Assembly (NCBI GenBank): GCA_948466395.1
Contig: CAOKAG010000005.1
Coordinates: forward strand, 1 to 54,502
Direction: 5' to 3'
Origin: an uncultured Mycoplasmatota bacterium
GTDB taxonomy: Bacteria > Bacillota_I > Bacilli_A > RF39 > UBA660
Length of the DNA stretch: 54,502 nt
Part shown: positions 19,753 to 29,305 of the stretch, one piece after another
Position numbering within the stretch: the first letter of the stretch is position 1
Layout: every line of letters starts with the position of its first letter
Position numbers and translations under genes: made by a program
Notes under the pieces: model-generated
Told to the model about the DNA's origin: nothing
The model's input: only the letters and a program-made list of their open reading frames with translations
Databases searched by the model: none

Positions 19753-20832
19753 CTATATCATTTTAATTAAAATTTCATTCATTACATATAGTTTGTCCGG
19801 ATTTATAAAAATCTTTCCTTTTTTTATCATTAAATCTTTATTTTTTAACAAGGGTTTAATTGGATACCTTTCTTCTAACTTCACTTGATATAACTTCTCA
19901 AAGGCTTCTATAGAAAAACCCTCCACTAAACGAAACCCTAACATTAAATGGTAATCCATAATATCTTTTTGAGTTAAAATTTCTCGTTCCTTAATAAATT
20001 CCCCTTTCATATATTTCGTTAAAGAAAGCGTATTGGTATAACGAACATGATCGATGTACCCAGAAGCGGAAACCCCAAACCCATAATACTCTTTATTTTG
20101 CCAATACCTTAAATTATGAATGGACGCACACCCCTTTAAAGCAAAATTACTAACTTCATAATGATGAAACTTTTCATTTTTTAACACCTTACAAATTTCT
20201 TTATAAAAAGAAGCATCTCTTTCATCACTAGCTCTTTGATAATTATTAATTTTAAGAAGGGTATGGTTTTCAATCATCAAGCTATACGTACTAATATGGT
20301 TCGGTTTCAACTTTAAAAGACGTTTTAAATCTTTTTTCATGTCTTGTATCGTCTCTTCCTTAAAACCATAAATAAAATCCACATTAATATTTGAAAACCC
20401 TAAACGCCGACATAAAGACATTTTTTCTAAAGCTTCTTTAAACGTATGGTTTCGACCCATAATTTTTAACTTTTCTGAATTAAAAGACTGAATGCCAATA
20501 CTTAAACGATTCACTTTTCCTTTTAAAAATAAGAGTAACGCTTCATTAATATCATTTAAATTACATTCAAACGTCACTTCTTTTAAAGCCTCACCATTAA
20601 AACAATTTAAAAGGGCAAAAACTTTCTTTAAATAAGGTATAGGTAAACAAGAAGGCGTTCCCCCACCAATATAAATGGATTCAATGGCTTCTCCATTATA
20701 AAAATCCTCAATCTCATCTTTTAAAACTTTTAAATAATTAGCTACGTTTTTATCATCATAATAAACTTTACAAAAATCACAATAAGAACAAATTGTTTTA
20801 CAAAAAGGAATATGAATATAAACCGATTTCAT
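19753..20832 (-). CDS. hemW: Radical SAM heme chaperone HemW (HemN-like)
   Basis: IHIPFCKTICSYCDF CxxxCxxC motif, HemN C-terminal domain, position downstream of lepA. Confidence 0.85.
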   Translation of the reverse strand: MKSVYIHIPFCKTICSYCDFCKVYYDDKNVANYLKVLKDEIEDFYNGEAIESIYIGGGTPSCLPIPYLKKVFALLNCFNGEALKEVTFECNLNDINEALLLFLKGKVNRLSIGIQSFNSEKLKIMGRNHTFKEALEKMSLCRRLGFSNINVDFIYGFKEETIQDMKKDLKRLLKLKPNHISTYSLMIENHTLLKINNYQRASDERDASFYKEICKVLKNEKFHHYEVSNFALKGCASIHNLRYWQNKEYYGFGVSASGYIDHVRYTNTLSLTKYMKGEFIKEREILTQKDIMDYHLMLGFRLVEGFSIEAFEKLYQVKLEERYPIKPLLKNKDLMIKKGKIFINPDKLYVMNEILIKMI

Positions 20833-21914
20833 TTTCTTAAATTTCCTTTATAAAAAGACCTCACTATTGTAGCATATTTATGATGTAAAAAAGCTAACTT
20901 TTCTTGATAATAACCTGTTTTATCATTTAAAATAAGTGCTTCTTCATACGTTTCAATCGTTTGATAAGAAATAGGAAAAGTATGACAAATAGAATCTAAA
21001 CTTAAACTATATTTAATCCGATAATCAATAACCCTTTTAATTTCTTCTTCATTTAAACAGGTCTTAGTTTTTAGGTCATTAATTGAAGAATCCATAATAG
21101 ATTGTCTTAAATCTTGTAAACGCTCTTCATAAGCTTTTACTTTTAAAATATCTTGATTTTTCTTTGCATTGGCACCATTTTGTACATAAAGTTGACGTGT
21201 TTTAAAATACTTTTGTGCCTTATGAAACGCTAACTCTTTTAATTCCTTTTTTTCATTAGCGGTCTCTTCTTCTAAATAGGAAAAATATTGACTGAGATTT
21301 GGAAAGCAACGATACACCCTTTCAATATCATCCAAACTGGTCTGAAGAACTTGACACATATTTTCTTTAGAAACACGAAAAGTTAAAGCAACCATTACAA
21401 TTTCTTTTTGAAGATTGTAAGATTTAGATGCATACTCTTTACTAAAATATAAAACTTTCTCTCTATATTTCTCTATTATGTCTTGTAAAACAGGATGAGG
21501 TAATCTGAGATTCTCTTCTTCTAATAAAAAAAGCGTCGCATTCAGACTTATGCCTAATAATTCCGCACCCTTTTCTACAGTTATCTTTTTAGTTTTTATT
21601 AAATTAATGATGTTTCTCTTTAAATTTATAACCCCTAATGTATAGACATTATACTGATTATTACTCTTATTTTCTCTTCCGACTTTCTTTAAAAAATCAT
21701 TCCTATTTATCATTATTTGCCTTTTTAATCGTTCATATTCCTCTTGTTCTTCTTTGATATTAGAAACCTTGAGCGCATTTATTATTTTTTTTATTTCTAA
21801 ATAGTCTTTATTTAAAATATCAGCGATTTCTGTTAAAGTATATTTTTGATCAATTAAAGCTTTTATTTGTGTTAACAAGACGACAACACCTCTCTTTTTA
21901 TGAGTCTGACCCAT
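20829..21914 (-). CDS. HTH-repeat protein, paralogue 3 of a tandem triplet (361 aa)
   Basis: Shares EIVMVALTFRVSKENMCQVLQTSLDDIERVY and the C-terminal YRIKYSL module with 22675-23493. ATGA overlap with hemW. Confidence 0.6.
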   Translation of the reverse strand: MGQTHKKRGVVVLLTQIKALIDQKYTLTEIADILNKDYLEIKKIINALKVSNIKEEQEEYERLKRQIMINRNDFLKKVGRENKSNNQYNVYTLGVINLKRNIINLIKTKKITVEKGAELLGISLNATLFLLEEENLRLPHPVLQDIIEKYREKVLYFSKEYASKSYNLQKEIVMVALTFRVSKENMCQVLQTSLDDIERVYRCFPNLSQYFSYLEEETANEKKELKELAFHKAQKYFKTRQLYVQNGANAKKNQDILKVKAYEERLQDLRQSIMDSSINDLKTKTCLNEEEIKRVIDYRIKYSLSLDSICHTFPISYQTIETYEEALILNDKTGYYQEKLAFLHHKYATIVRSFYKGNLRK

Positions 21915-21923
21915 AACATTTTT

Positions 21924-22694
21924 TCATTTTCGACTTAAAGTTTCAAGAAAAAAATCATCCAGTCCAATTTGTAAATTTTTTAATCTTTCTTGATAGATTT
22001 CTATTTTTTCTCTATCCTTATTTTTAATGGCTTTATTTAAAAAAGTAACCAATTCATTTCTTTTCAAATAATATTTTTTAGCTTGCTTAACATTTTGTTT
22101 TTGCTCTTCAACACTTATATTTTGTTCGTCAATTCCTTTAAAAAAATCTTGATAGTCAGAAAAAAGAGAATACAAACCCATCACATCTTTTAAGTCAGTA
22201 TTAAATAACAGAGCAACATTTTCTTTTGTTAAACGAAAATTCAAAATAACAGATATTATTTCTTTTTGAACATCATGAGTCTGGTTAATTAATCGTTTCT
22301 TTTCTTCCGAAGTAAAGTAACGATATTTAATAAGAATCGTCTTTAAAACTTGATTTGGATTTTTAAAATGTTCATTTTTTACAATATCTAAAACGGCTTT
22401 CATGTTCCTATTCAAAATTCTTTTAGCCTGTTCAACCGTCAGTTCTTCCTTTTTAATGGCTTCTAAAATAGCAAAATTTTCTTTAAAAGCACTTTGACTA
22501 TTTCTATATTTTTTTTGATAACATTCACTATTTTCATTTATTTTAAATTTCAGTCCTTCATATGCTTCTATATCAGATTCTTTTAGTGAATTAATTCTAC
22601 GATGAATAGTAGTAGGACTCACTTTTAAAAATCTTGCAATATCACTTAAAGAATATCCTAGATAAATTAAAATTTTAATTGTTTCTAAATCCAT
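21924..22694 (-). CDS. HTH-repeat protein, paralogue 2 (256 aa)
   Basis: N-terminal HTH SLSDIARFLKVSPTTIHRRI and EIISVILNFRLTKENVALLF. Confidence 0.6.
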   Translation of the reverse strand: MDLETIKILIYLGYSLSDIARFLKVSPTTIHRRINSLKESDIEAYEGLKFKINENSECYQKKYRNSQSAFKENFAILEAIKKEELTVEQAKRILNRNMKAVLDIVKNEHFKNPNQVLKTILIKYRYFTSEEKKRLINQTHDVQKEIISVILNFRLTKENVALLFNTDLKDVMGLYSLFSDYQDFFKGIDEQNISVEEQKQNVKQAKKYYLKRNELVTFLNKAIKNKDREKIEIYQERLKNLQIGLDDFFLETLSRK

Positions 22695-23493
22695 ATTTTT
22701 TCTCTCTTAAAAAAATGCCTTGATCTAATTTAGAACGTTGGTCTTGAAATTCATTTAAAAAATATAATTTAGACTGATAATAATTATCCTGTGACATCAA
22801 TTTATTTTCAAAGGCTCTTAAACGATAATCTTTTATACCAAATAAATCTTCACAACGATTTCTTGCTAAACCATATTTAATTCGATAATTGATTATGACT
22901 AATAGATCCTGTTCTGTAATTTCATCACTATTTTGCATAGCTAAGGCACGACTATCATTAATTTCCGTTTGAAGTAATAAAATTTTTTCCGTTAAAGCCT
23001 CTTGTTTTTCCGTTTCTCCTTTTAACATTGCCTTTCTTTTTAAAGCGCGCAATTCCTGTGCTTTTAAAAAATATATTTTCCCTTTTTTAAAAGCAAGATC
23101 TTCTAATTCTTTACTTTCATTCATGGTTTCTAAATTAAGTAAATAAATAGGATAGTCTAAAAGGGGAAAATGCGCAAACATCTTTTCAATATCATCAGAA
23201 CTGGTTCCAAACAAGCGACAAAGATTATTAAGAGAAAGTCTAAAAGTAAGGGCTACTAAAACAATTTCTTTTTGAATAATTAAAGCCTTATCAGAAATAC
23301 ATTTATTTTCATAAAAACGAGTCTTAGAATAACAAGATATGATGCTTTTTAAATGTTCATTCTGGGTTCGATTATATTCCTCTTTTATATAAAAAAGAAG
23401 CATAGTTAAAGAAACATTTAAAATTTCAAGGGCCTCGTTTACTGTCATACGAGATTCTTGCATGGCATTTAAGCAATAACGTTTTTTATCCAT
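22675..23493 (-). CDS. HTH-repeat protein, paralogue 1 (272 aa)
   Basis: EIVLVALTFRLSLNNLCRLFGTSSDDIEKMF and INYRIKYGL. Starts 1 nt after the lepA stop and overlaps the next gene by 20 nt. Confidence 0.6.
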   Translation of the reverse strand: MDKKRYCLNAMQESRMTVNEALEILNVSLTMLLFYIKEEYNRTQNEHLKSIISCYSKTRFYENKCISDKALIIQKEIVLVALTFRLSLNNLCRLFGTSSDDIEKMFAHFPLLDYPIYLLNLETMNESKELEDLAFKKGKIYFLKAQELRALKRKAMLKGETEKQEALTEKILLLQTEINDSRALAMQNSDEITEQDLLVIINYRIKYGLARNRCEDLFGIKDYRLRAFENKLMSQDNYYQSKLYFLNEFQDQRSKLDQGIFLREKKYGFRNN

Positions 23494-23494
23494 T

Positions 23495-25288
23495 TTATTC
23501 CTCCTTTAAAATACTTAAGAAGGCTTCTTTAGGGACTTCGACACTTCCCAGCATTTTCATTTTCTTTTTTCCTTCTTTTTGTTTTTCTAATAGTTTTCTT
23601 TTTCTTGAAACATCCCCACCATAACACTTAGCTAAGACATTTTTTTTCATAGCACTAATGTTTTCTCTAGCAATGACTTTTGATCCGATACTCGCCTGAA
23701 TTGGAATTTGAAACATTTGTCGTGGAATCATTTCTCTTAATTTTTTTACAATAGCAAGACCTCTTGTATAAGCAAAATCTTTATGAACAATCACCGATAA
23801 CGCATCTACCACTTCACCATTTAATAAAATATCCATCTTGACTAATTTGGATTCTTTATACCCACAAAGCTCATAGTCAAAAGAGGCATACCCTTTTGTT
23901 GTACTTTTTAACTTATCAAAAAAATCATACACAATTTCTGATAAAGGGATTTCATAATGAATGTTCACACGAACATCATCGATATACTCTAAGTTTTTAT
24001 AAAGACCTCTTTTATTTTGGCACAATTCCATAATGGGTCCAATGTAATCACTAGGAACAATAATATTGGTATAAATATAGGGTTCTTCAATCGATTTAAT
24101 CAAAGTTGTATCTATCATTTTATTGGGCGAATCAATAAAATCACTTTCTCCATTGGTTTTATTGATTTTATAAATAACACTCGGACTGGTTGCAATGACT
24201 TCCAAATTAAATTCTCGTTCTAATCTTGTCATAATAATATCCATGTGTAAAAGCCCTAAAAAGCCTACTCGAAACCCAAAACCTAGCGCACCCGAATTTT
24301 CAGGCTCAAAAGTCAAAGCCGCATCATTAAGCTTTAACTTGTCACAAGCTTCTTTTAAAGCTTCATATTGATTGGGTTCGACAGGGAAAAGACCCGAATA
24401 AACCATCGGTTTCATTTTTTGATACCCACTTAAAGCTTCTTTAGCGGGATTCTTTTCTAAGGTAATGGTATCCCCTACCTCAACACTTGCAATATCTTTA
24501 ATACTGGCAACAAGATAACCAACACTCCCACTTTCTAAAAACGTTAAATGTTTTTCTTTCGGCGTATGAACCCCTATTTCTGTCACTTCAAAACTTTTCC
24601 CACTTGCCATCATAGAAATGGTATCTTTTAAGCCTATACGACCATCAACGACTTTAACAAGCGCAACAACCCCTTTATAAGAATCAAAATAAGAATCAAA
24701 GATTAAAGCTCTTAACGGTTGGTTATTATGATTTTTAGGTGGTTCAATTCTTTCTATAATCGCATCAAGAATCTCTTTCACTCCCACACCTGTTTTTCCA
24801 CTACAAAGTAAAATCTCTTCTTCTTTAAACCCTAATACGCGAATCAGTTCTTCTTTAACTTTTTGAATGTTTGCATTTGGCAAATCAATCTTATTAATAA
24901 CAGGCAAAATTTTCAAATCATTTTGCATAGCAAGATAAAGATTCGCAAGCGTTTGAGCTTCTATTCCTTGAGCAGCATCGACCACCAAAATGGCCCCTTC
25001 ACAAGCCGCTAAACTTCTTGAAACTTCATAAGAAAAATCGACATGACCAGGCGTATCAATCAAATTCAATTTATATGCCTCATTCTTATAACTATAATCC
25101 AAAGAAACGGCATTTAATTTTATCGTTATGCCTCTTTCTCTTTCCAAATCCATATTATCTAGAATTTGATCCTTCATTTCGCGTTTTTCAAGAGCACCTG
25201 TAATTTCAAGCATACGATCCGCAAGCGTGCTTTTTCCATGATCAATATGAGCAATAATCGAAAAATTACGTATATTTTCTTGTTTCAT
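23495..25288 (-). CDS. lepA: Elongation factor 4 (LepA)
   Basis: [28 protein letters not shown], and the LepA C-terminal domain. Confidence 0.95.
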   Translation of the reverse strand: MKQENIRNFSIIAHIDHGKSTLADRMLEITGALEKREMKDQILDNMDLERERGITIKLNAVSLDYSYKNEAYKLNLIDTPGHVDFSYEVSRSLAACEGAILVVDAAQGIEAQTLANLYLAMQNDLKILPVINKIDLPNANIQKVKEELIRVLGFKEEEILLCSGKTGVGVKEILDAIIERIEPPKNHNNQPLRALIFDSYFDSYKGVVALVKVVDGRIGLKDTISMMASGKSFEVTEIGVHTPKEKHLTFLESGSVGYLVASIKDIASVEVGDTITLEKNPAKEALSGYQKMKPMVYSGLFPVEPNQYEALKEACDKLKLNDAALTFEPENSGALGFGFRVGFLGLLHMDIIMTRLEREFNLEVIATSPSVIYKINKTNGESDFIDSPNKMIDTTLIKSIEEPYIYTNIIVPSDYIGPIMELCQNKRGLYKNLEYIDDVRVNIHYEIPLSEIVYDFFDKLKSTTKGYASFDYELCGYKESKLVKMDILLNGEVVDALSVIVHKDFAYTRGLAIVKKLREMIPRQMFQIPIQASIGSKVIARENISAMKKNVLAKCYGGDVSRKRKLLEKQKEGKKKMKMLGSVEVPKEAFLSILKEE

Positions 25289-25359
25289 GAAACATCACCA
25301 CCCCTATTTTATCAAATTATTTATAATAAAAAAAGAAAAGATAAAAACAGTTTTGTATT

Positions 25360-25962
25360 TTAATTTAAATTTCGACGCAAGTAAAGAATACTTTTTTTAT
25401 CCACAGTATGAGTAACTCTCCCACATATACGTGAATGATCATAAATGGGTAAATCAATAGATTCGTTTTCCATAAAAGTAATCATTTCAACCAAATCTTT
25501 TAAATTTTTTAAAAAAAGACTTTCATCCTTCAAGGCCATATTATAAAGATTACAAGTGATACCTATTATTTTTTCAAAAGAAATCGTCCCAAAAGCTTGG
25601 TATTCATCTTCATATTCAGAATAACGAAATGGAAGAAAAGAATTATTTAACCACTTTAAATAGGCTTTATTTTGACAGCGAAGCGCTGTCACATGATCTA
25701 CTATAAGTAAAGGTGAAAAAGAGGCTAAATAAGTAAAATAATCATTAATTTGTCTAGAACCATAAAATTGATAAAGTCGAACATAATAGTCATAATCATT
25801 GTAATCAAAATTTACAACTTGTCTTATCTTTTTTTTAGAAACAATACCATTTTGATAAATAAACTTAAAATGTTCTGGATTTTTTAACTGATAATAAAAC
25901 CAATCAATACTTCGTTTTTGTCTTTTCTCTATTTCCATCACTTGATTTACTAAACTTTTCAT
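25360..25962 (-). CDS. Hypothetical protein (200 aa)
   Basis: ORF only. Confidence 0.5.
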   Translation of the reverse strand: MKSLVNQVMEIEKRQKRSIDWFYYQLKNPEHFKFIYQNGIVSKKKIRQVVNFDYNDYDYYVRLYQFYGSRQINDYFTYLASFSPLLIVDHVTALRCQNKAYLKWLNNSFLPFRYSEYEDEYQAFGTISFEKIIGITCNLYNMALKDESLFLKNLKDLVEMITFMENESIDLPIYDHSRICGRVTHTVDKKSILYLRRNLN

Positions 25963-25968
25963 TTTTTA

Positions 25969-26706
25969 TCATTTCCCATCATCCATAAAACGTCTTTTTA
26001 ATTGCATTTGTTCTTCTCGCAAGACATTCATTTCATTAGTAAGAGCAGCAAGTTGTTCTTTTATCTTTTTCAACTCTTTTCTTTTCTTTTGCTTTTTCAT
26101 ACTTTGCATTTGATGAATAGTCATTTTTTGAGTATTAAAATCGTATTTAATAAAAGTATTATCCTTAATCTCCTTTATCTCTTCACACAGTTCTTTTAAA
26201 AGAGACGCTTCATTAGAAATAACCAATTGGTTAGCCATATATCCATAATACAAGTGAATGTTTTTTTCACTCCCATTTACCACTCCCGCAATCATTATAG
26301 AAGGTGACGCAGGACAACACTCAGCAAAAACACCACTAAAACCCTTCGATTCTATTTTAGTAAAAAGTTGATCTTGCTCATTATAATAAAGAGAAGAAAA
26401 ATTTTCCAATAAACTCTCATTATTTTCCAAATCGTCTTTTCCAAAAGGTTTACGTTTAATCCCTTCCAAAACAAAAATTAATTGTCCTCTTGCAGTTTTA
26501 CTTGAAAACAGTTTATCTGCCTTTTTTGACTGACTACAAATGGATCTCATTATCATAAAAGAAGGTGTTTCCTCACTTGATAGAGTTCTACTTCCATCTC
26601 TTTCATTAGAATATTTATCTAGCAACTTTTCAATGTGCTCTTGTTGTTTTTTCGTTATTTTAGCATTTTCAAAAACAACAAAAGGACTCTTTTTATTCTC
26701 TTTCAT
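25969..26706 (-). CDS. Hypothetical protein (245 aa, C-terminal coiled coil)
   Basis: ORF only. Confidence 0.5.
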   Translation of the reverse strand: MKENKKSPFVVFENAKITKKQQEHIEKLLDKYSNERDGSRTLSSEETPSFMIMRSICSQSKKADKLFSSKTARGQLIFVLEGIKRKPFGKDDLENNESLLENFSSLYYNEQDQLFTKIESKGFSGVFAECCPASPSIMIAGVVNGSEKNIHLYYGYMANQLVISNEASLLKELCEEIKEIKDNTFIKYDFNTQKMTIHQMQSMKKQKKRKELKKIKEQLAALTNEMNVLREEQMQLKRRFMDDGK

Positions 26707-26760
26707 AAATTCCTCCTAAAAAATTAATATTATTATAATGAAAAAAAAGAAAAAAGCAAG

Positions 26761-28512
26761 TTATTCTAAAACCGCTTTTATTCTTCTTACACCAGCACTA
26801 CTGGCTTCTTCTTTTTTGATTCGAAACGTTCCTAGTTCACTCGTATTTTTAACGTGTGGCCCCCCACAAAGTTCTTTAGAAACCTCTCCAATACTATAAA
26901 CGGTTACAACATCAGGGTATTTTTCAATAAACATACATTCCGCCCCTGAATGGATGGCATCATTTTTATTCATCTCAGAAACGCTGACCTCTAAACCTTC
27001 TTTAATCCACTGATTCACTAATGCTTCTGTTTGTTTCTTCTCTTCATCACTTAATTTATGATCACAACTAAAATCAAAACGCATACGTTCTTCAGTAATA
27101 TTGCTTCCTTTTTGATGAACATCAGGTCCAACCACGATCTTTAAAGCTGCATTGAGTAAATGAGTAGCGGTATGGTATTTCGTTTCTAGTTCACTGTTTC
27201 CAGCTAATCCACCTTTAAATTTTCCACTAGAGGCGGTTCGAGAAAGCGCTTGATGTTCTAAAAATTTTTTATTAAATCCATCTACATCAACTTTTAAACC
27301 TTTTTCTTCAGCAAGTTCAATGGTAAGTTCAATAGGAAAACCGTACGTATCGTAAAGATGAAAAGCACTAATTCCATCAATATCTTGACCATTTTTTATA
27401 ACGCGTTCAAATTCTTTTAAACCTTTCTCTAGCGTTTTATTAAACCTTTCTTTTTCCTCATGTAAAACCTCTAACACTATTGATTCATTTTGTTCTAATT
27501 CAACATAATATTTTTTGTATTTCTGAATAATAACTTTAGCAATCTCGCTCAAAAATTCACTTTCAACTGGAATAGTTAATTTTTTAGCATGACGAATCGC
27601 TCTTCTAATTAATCGTCTTAAAATATAACCTTGATCGGTATTGCTCGGTTTAATTCCTGTTGGATCTGCACTAATAAAAACCGCTGTACGAACGTGATCA
27701 GCTAGGATACGCATACTTTTTTCATTTCCTTCATAAGGCAATTTAGAAATAGAAACAATTAAATCAATAACTTCTTTCCACATACTAGATAAATAATTAT
27801 CATTGACGCCTTCTAAAATAGCAGTGGTTCGTTCTACGCCCATACCTGTATCCACATTTTTCTTCGAAAGGTCACTAATCTTTCCTTCAGAATCTTTATA
27901 AAATTCCATAAACACATCATTCCAGAACTCAACCCAACGTTCATCTTCAGGATCAAACACGTCTGGAATCTCATCATCACTTCGAAAATAAAACATTTCT
28001 GTATCAGGTCCACAAGGTCCAGACTCGCCCGCAATCCAAAAGTTATCCTCTACCGTTTTAGCAATTCTTTCTTTTGGAATGCCTAAACTCAACCATTTAT
28101 TATAGCTCTCTTCATCAAAAGGAATGGTCTCATTTCCTCCATAAACGGTAACAGCCAGTCGTTCTATAGGCATTTGTAAAACTTTAGTGATAAACTCAAA
28201 GCTCCATTCAATGGCTTCTTTTTTAAAATAATCCCCCAAACTCCAATTTCCTAATTGTTCAAAAAAAGTATGATGGGTACGATCACCCACTTCTTCTAAA
28301 TCATTGGTTCGAATACATTTTTGATAATTACAAATTCTAGTTCCATAAGGATGACGCTCTCCTAATAAAAAGGGAATCAAAGGTTGCATACCCGCTGTAT
28401 TAAATAAAACAGATGGGTCATTTTCTGGCACCACAGGAGCACTAGGAATTTGTTTATGTCCTTTGCTCACAAAAAAATCAATAAATAAATCTTTTAAATT
28501 CATTTCAATCAC
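26761..28512 (-). CDS. alaS: Alanine--tRNA ligase, short form (583 aa) ending right after the editing core
   Basis: FNTAGMQP, GNWSLGDYFK, DTGMGVERT, LADHVRT, HTATHLL..CGGPHV..GVRRIKAV, and an Ala-type T-box upstream. Confidence 0.85.
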   Translation of the reverse strand: MIEMNLKDLFIDFFVSKGHKQIPSAPVVPENDPSVLFNTAGMQPLIPFLLGERHPYGTRICNYQKCIRTNDLEEVGDRTHHTFFEQLGNWSLGDYFKKEAIEWSFEFITKVLQMPIERLAVTVYGGNETIPFDEESYNKWLSLGIPKERIAKTVEDNFWIAGESGPCGPDTEMFYFRSDDEIPDVFDPEDERWVEFWNDVFMEFYKDSEGKISDLSKKNVDTGMGVERTTAILEGVNDNYLSSMWKEVIDLIVSISKLPYEGNEKSMRILADHVRTAVFISADPTGIKPSNTDQGYILRRLIRRAIRHAKKLTIPVESEFLSEIAKVIIQKYKKYYVELEQNESIVLEVLHEEKERFNKTLEKGLKEFERVIKNGQDIDGISAFHLYDTYGFPIELTIELAEEKGLKVDVDGFNKKFLEHQALSRTASSGKFKGGLAGNSELETKYHTATHLLNAALKIVVGPDVHQKGSNITEERMRFDFSCDHKLSDEEKKQTEALVNQWIKEGLEVSVSEMNKNDAIHSGAECMFIEKYPDVVTVYSIGEVSKELCGGPHVKNTSELGTFRIKKEEASSAGVRRIKAVLE

Positions 28513-29036
28513 TCTCTTCTTTCAAAAAAATGTCTCGCAAAAAGCTCTATTTCTTCTTTACTTTTATTTTCAATAATATAATCAAAATTTTGATAATCGT
28601 CAAGTTCTAACTCGGTAATGTGTTTTTTTTCAGCCAAACTCAAATTAGAATTCATTTGAGTTCGCATGACTTTAATGCTTATCACTTCATAAGCACTTTG
28701 TTTTAAAGCTTCAATTTCTTGAATAAGCCTAGCATCACTAATCACGACAACATCACAACACGTTTCATACACATAAAAATCATCAAGCATGCGTTTAACC
28801 AAAAAAGAAGCATCTATTTTTTCTCTTACAAAACTTCCTATATCTTGTAAAAATTTTCTTGGTTTTTCATCCTTTTGATCATCATAATTTAATAATTCTT
28901 TAGCGTACAACTTCAAATATTTACTGTATTCGGTTAAAACCGCCCGCAAATGATTCTTTTGAGCATAATAAACTAGTTTTTCACCTAAATAATTTTTTCC
29001 ACTTCCAGCTTTACCAGCAAGAACAATCACTTTCAT
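28509..29036 (-). CDS. P-loop NTPase/kinase (dNMP-kinase-like), first gene of the T-box(Ala) operon
   Basis: MKVIVLAGKAGSGKN Walker A. ATG at 29036 after RBS GGAGGA. 4-nt overlap with alaS. The tracked N-terminal 8 codons lie in the T-box terminator. Confidence 0.6.
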   Translation of the reverse strand: MKVIVLAGKAGSGKNYLGEKLVYYAQKNHLRAVLTEYSKYLKLYAKELLNYDDQKDEKPRKFLQDIGSFVREKIDASFLVKRMLDDFYVYETCCDVVVISDARLIQEIEALKQSAYEVISIKVMRTQMNSNLSLAEKKHITELELDDYQNFDYIIENKSKEEIELFARHFFERRE

Positions 29037-29278
29037 ACTTCCTCCACAAAAAAACCGCAAAAATTCTCATCAAGGAGCAATTCTGCGGTACCATCCTTTA
29101 GTTTACTTGATTTAAATTGATAACGGAATCACCCATTTAGTTTCCTTTAAGGAGCACCATTTATATCTTCATTGTTTGTTCTCACCCAACACAAACTCTC
29201 TTAAAATGCTTTTATAAATTCTCTTAAAATCTTCAACTAATTTTATAAACAAACCAAATACTCGATAAGACTATTATA
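29037..29278 (-). promoter_or_regulatory. T-box riboswitch leader, candidate Ala specifier GCU (29153-29155)
   Basis: Minus strand elements: TATAAT at 29273-29278, AGAGAG, GGGUGAGAA, stem AUUUAUA/UAUAAAU, T-box GGAUGGUACCGCAG (29083-29096), and terminator CCGCA../..UGCGG plus U7. Confidence 0.8.
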
Positions 29279-29305
29279 AACTTCTTTCTTCGGTTAAAAA
29301 ACGCC

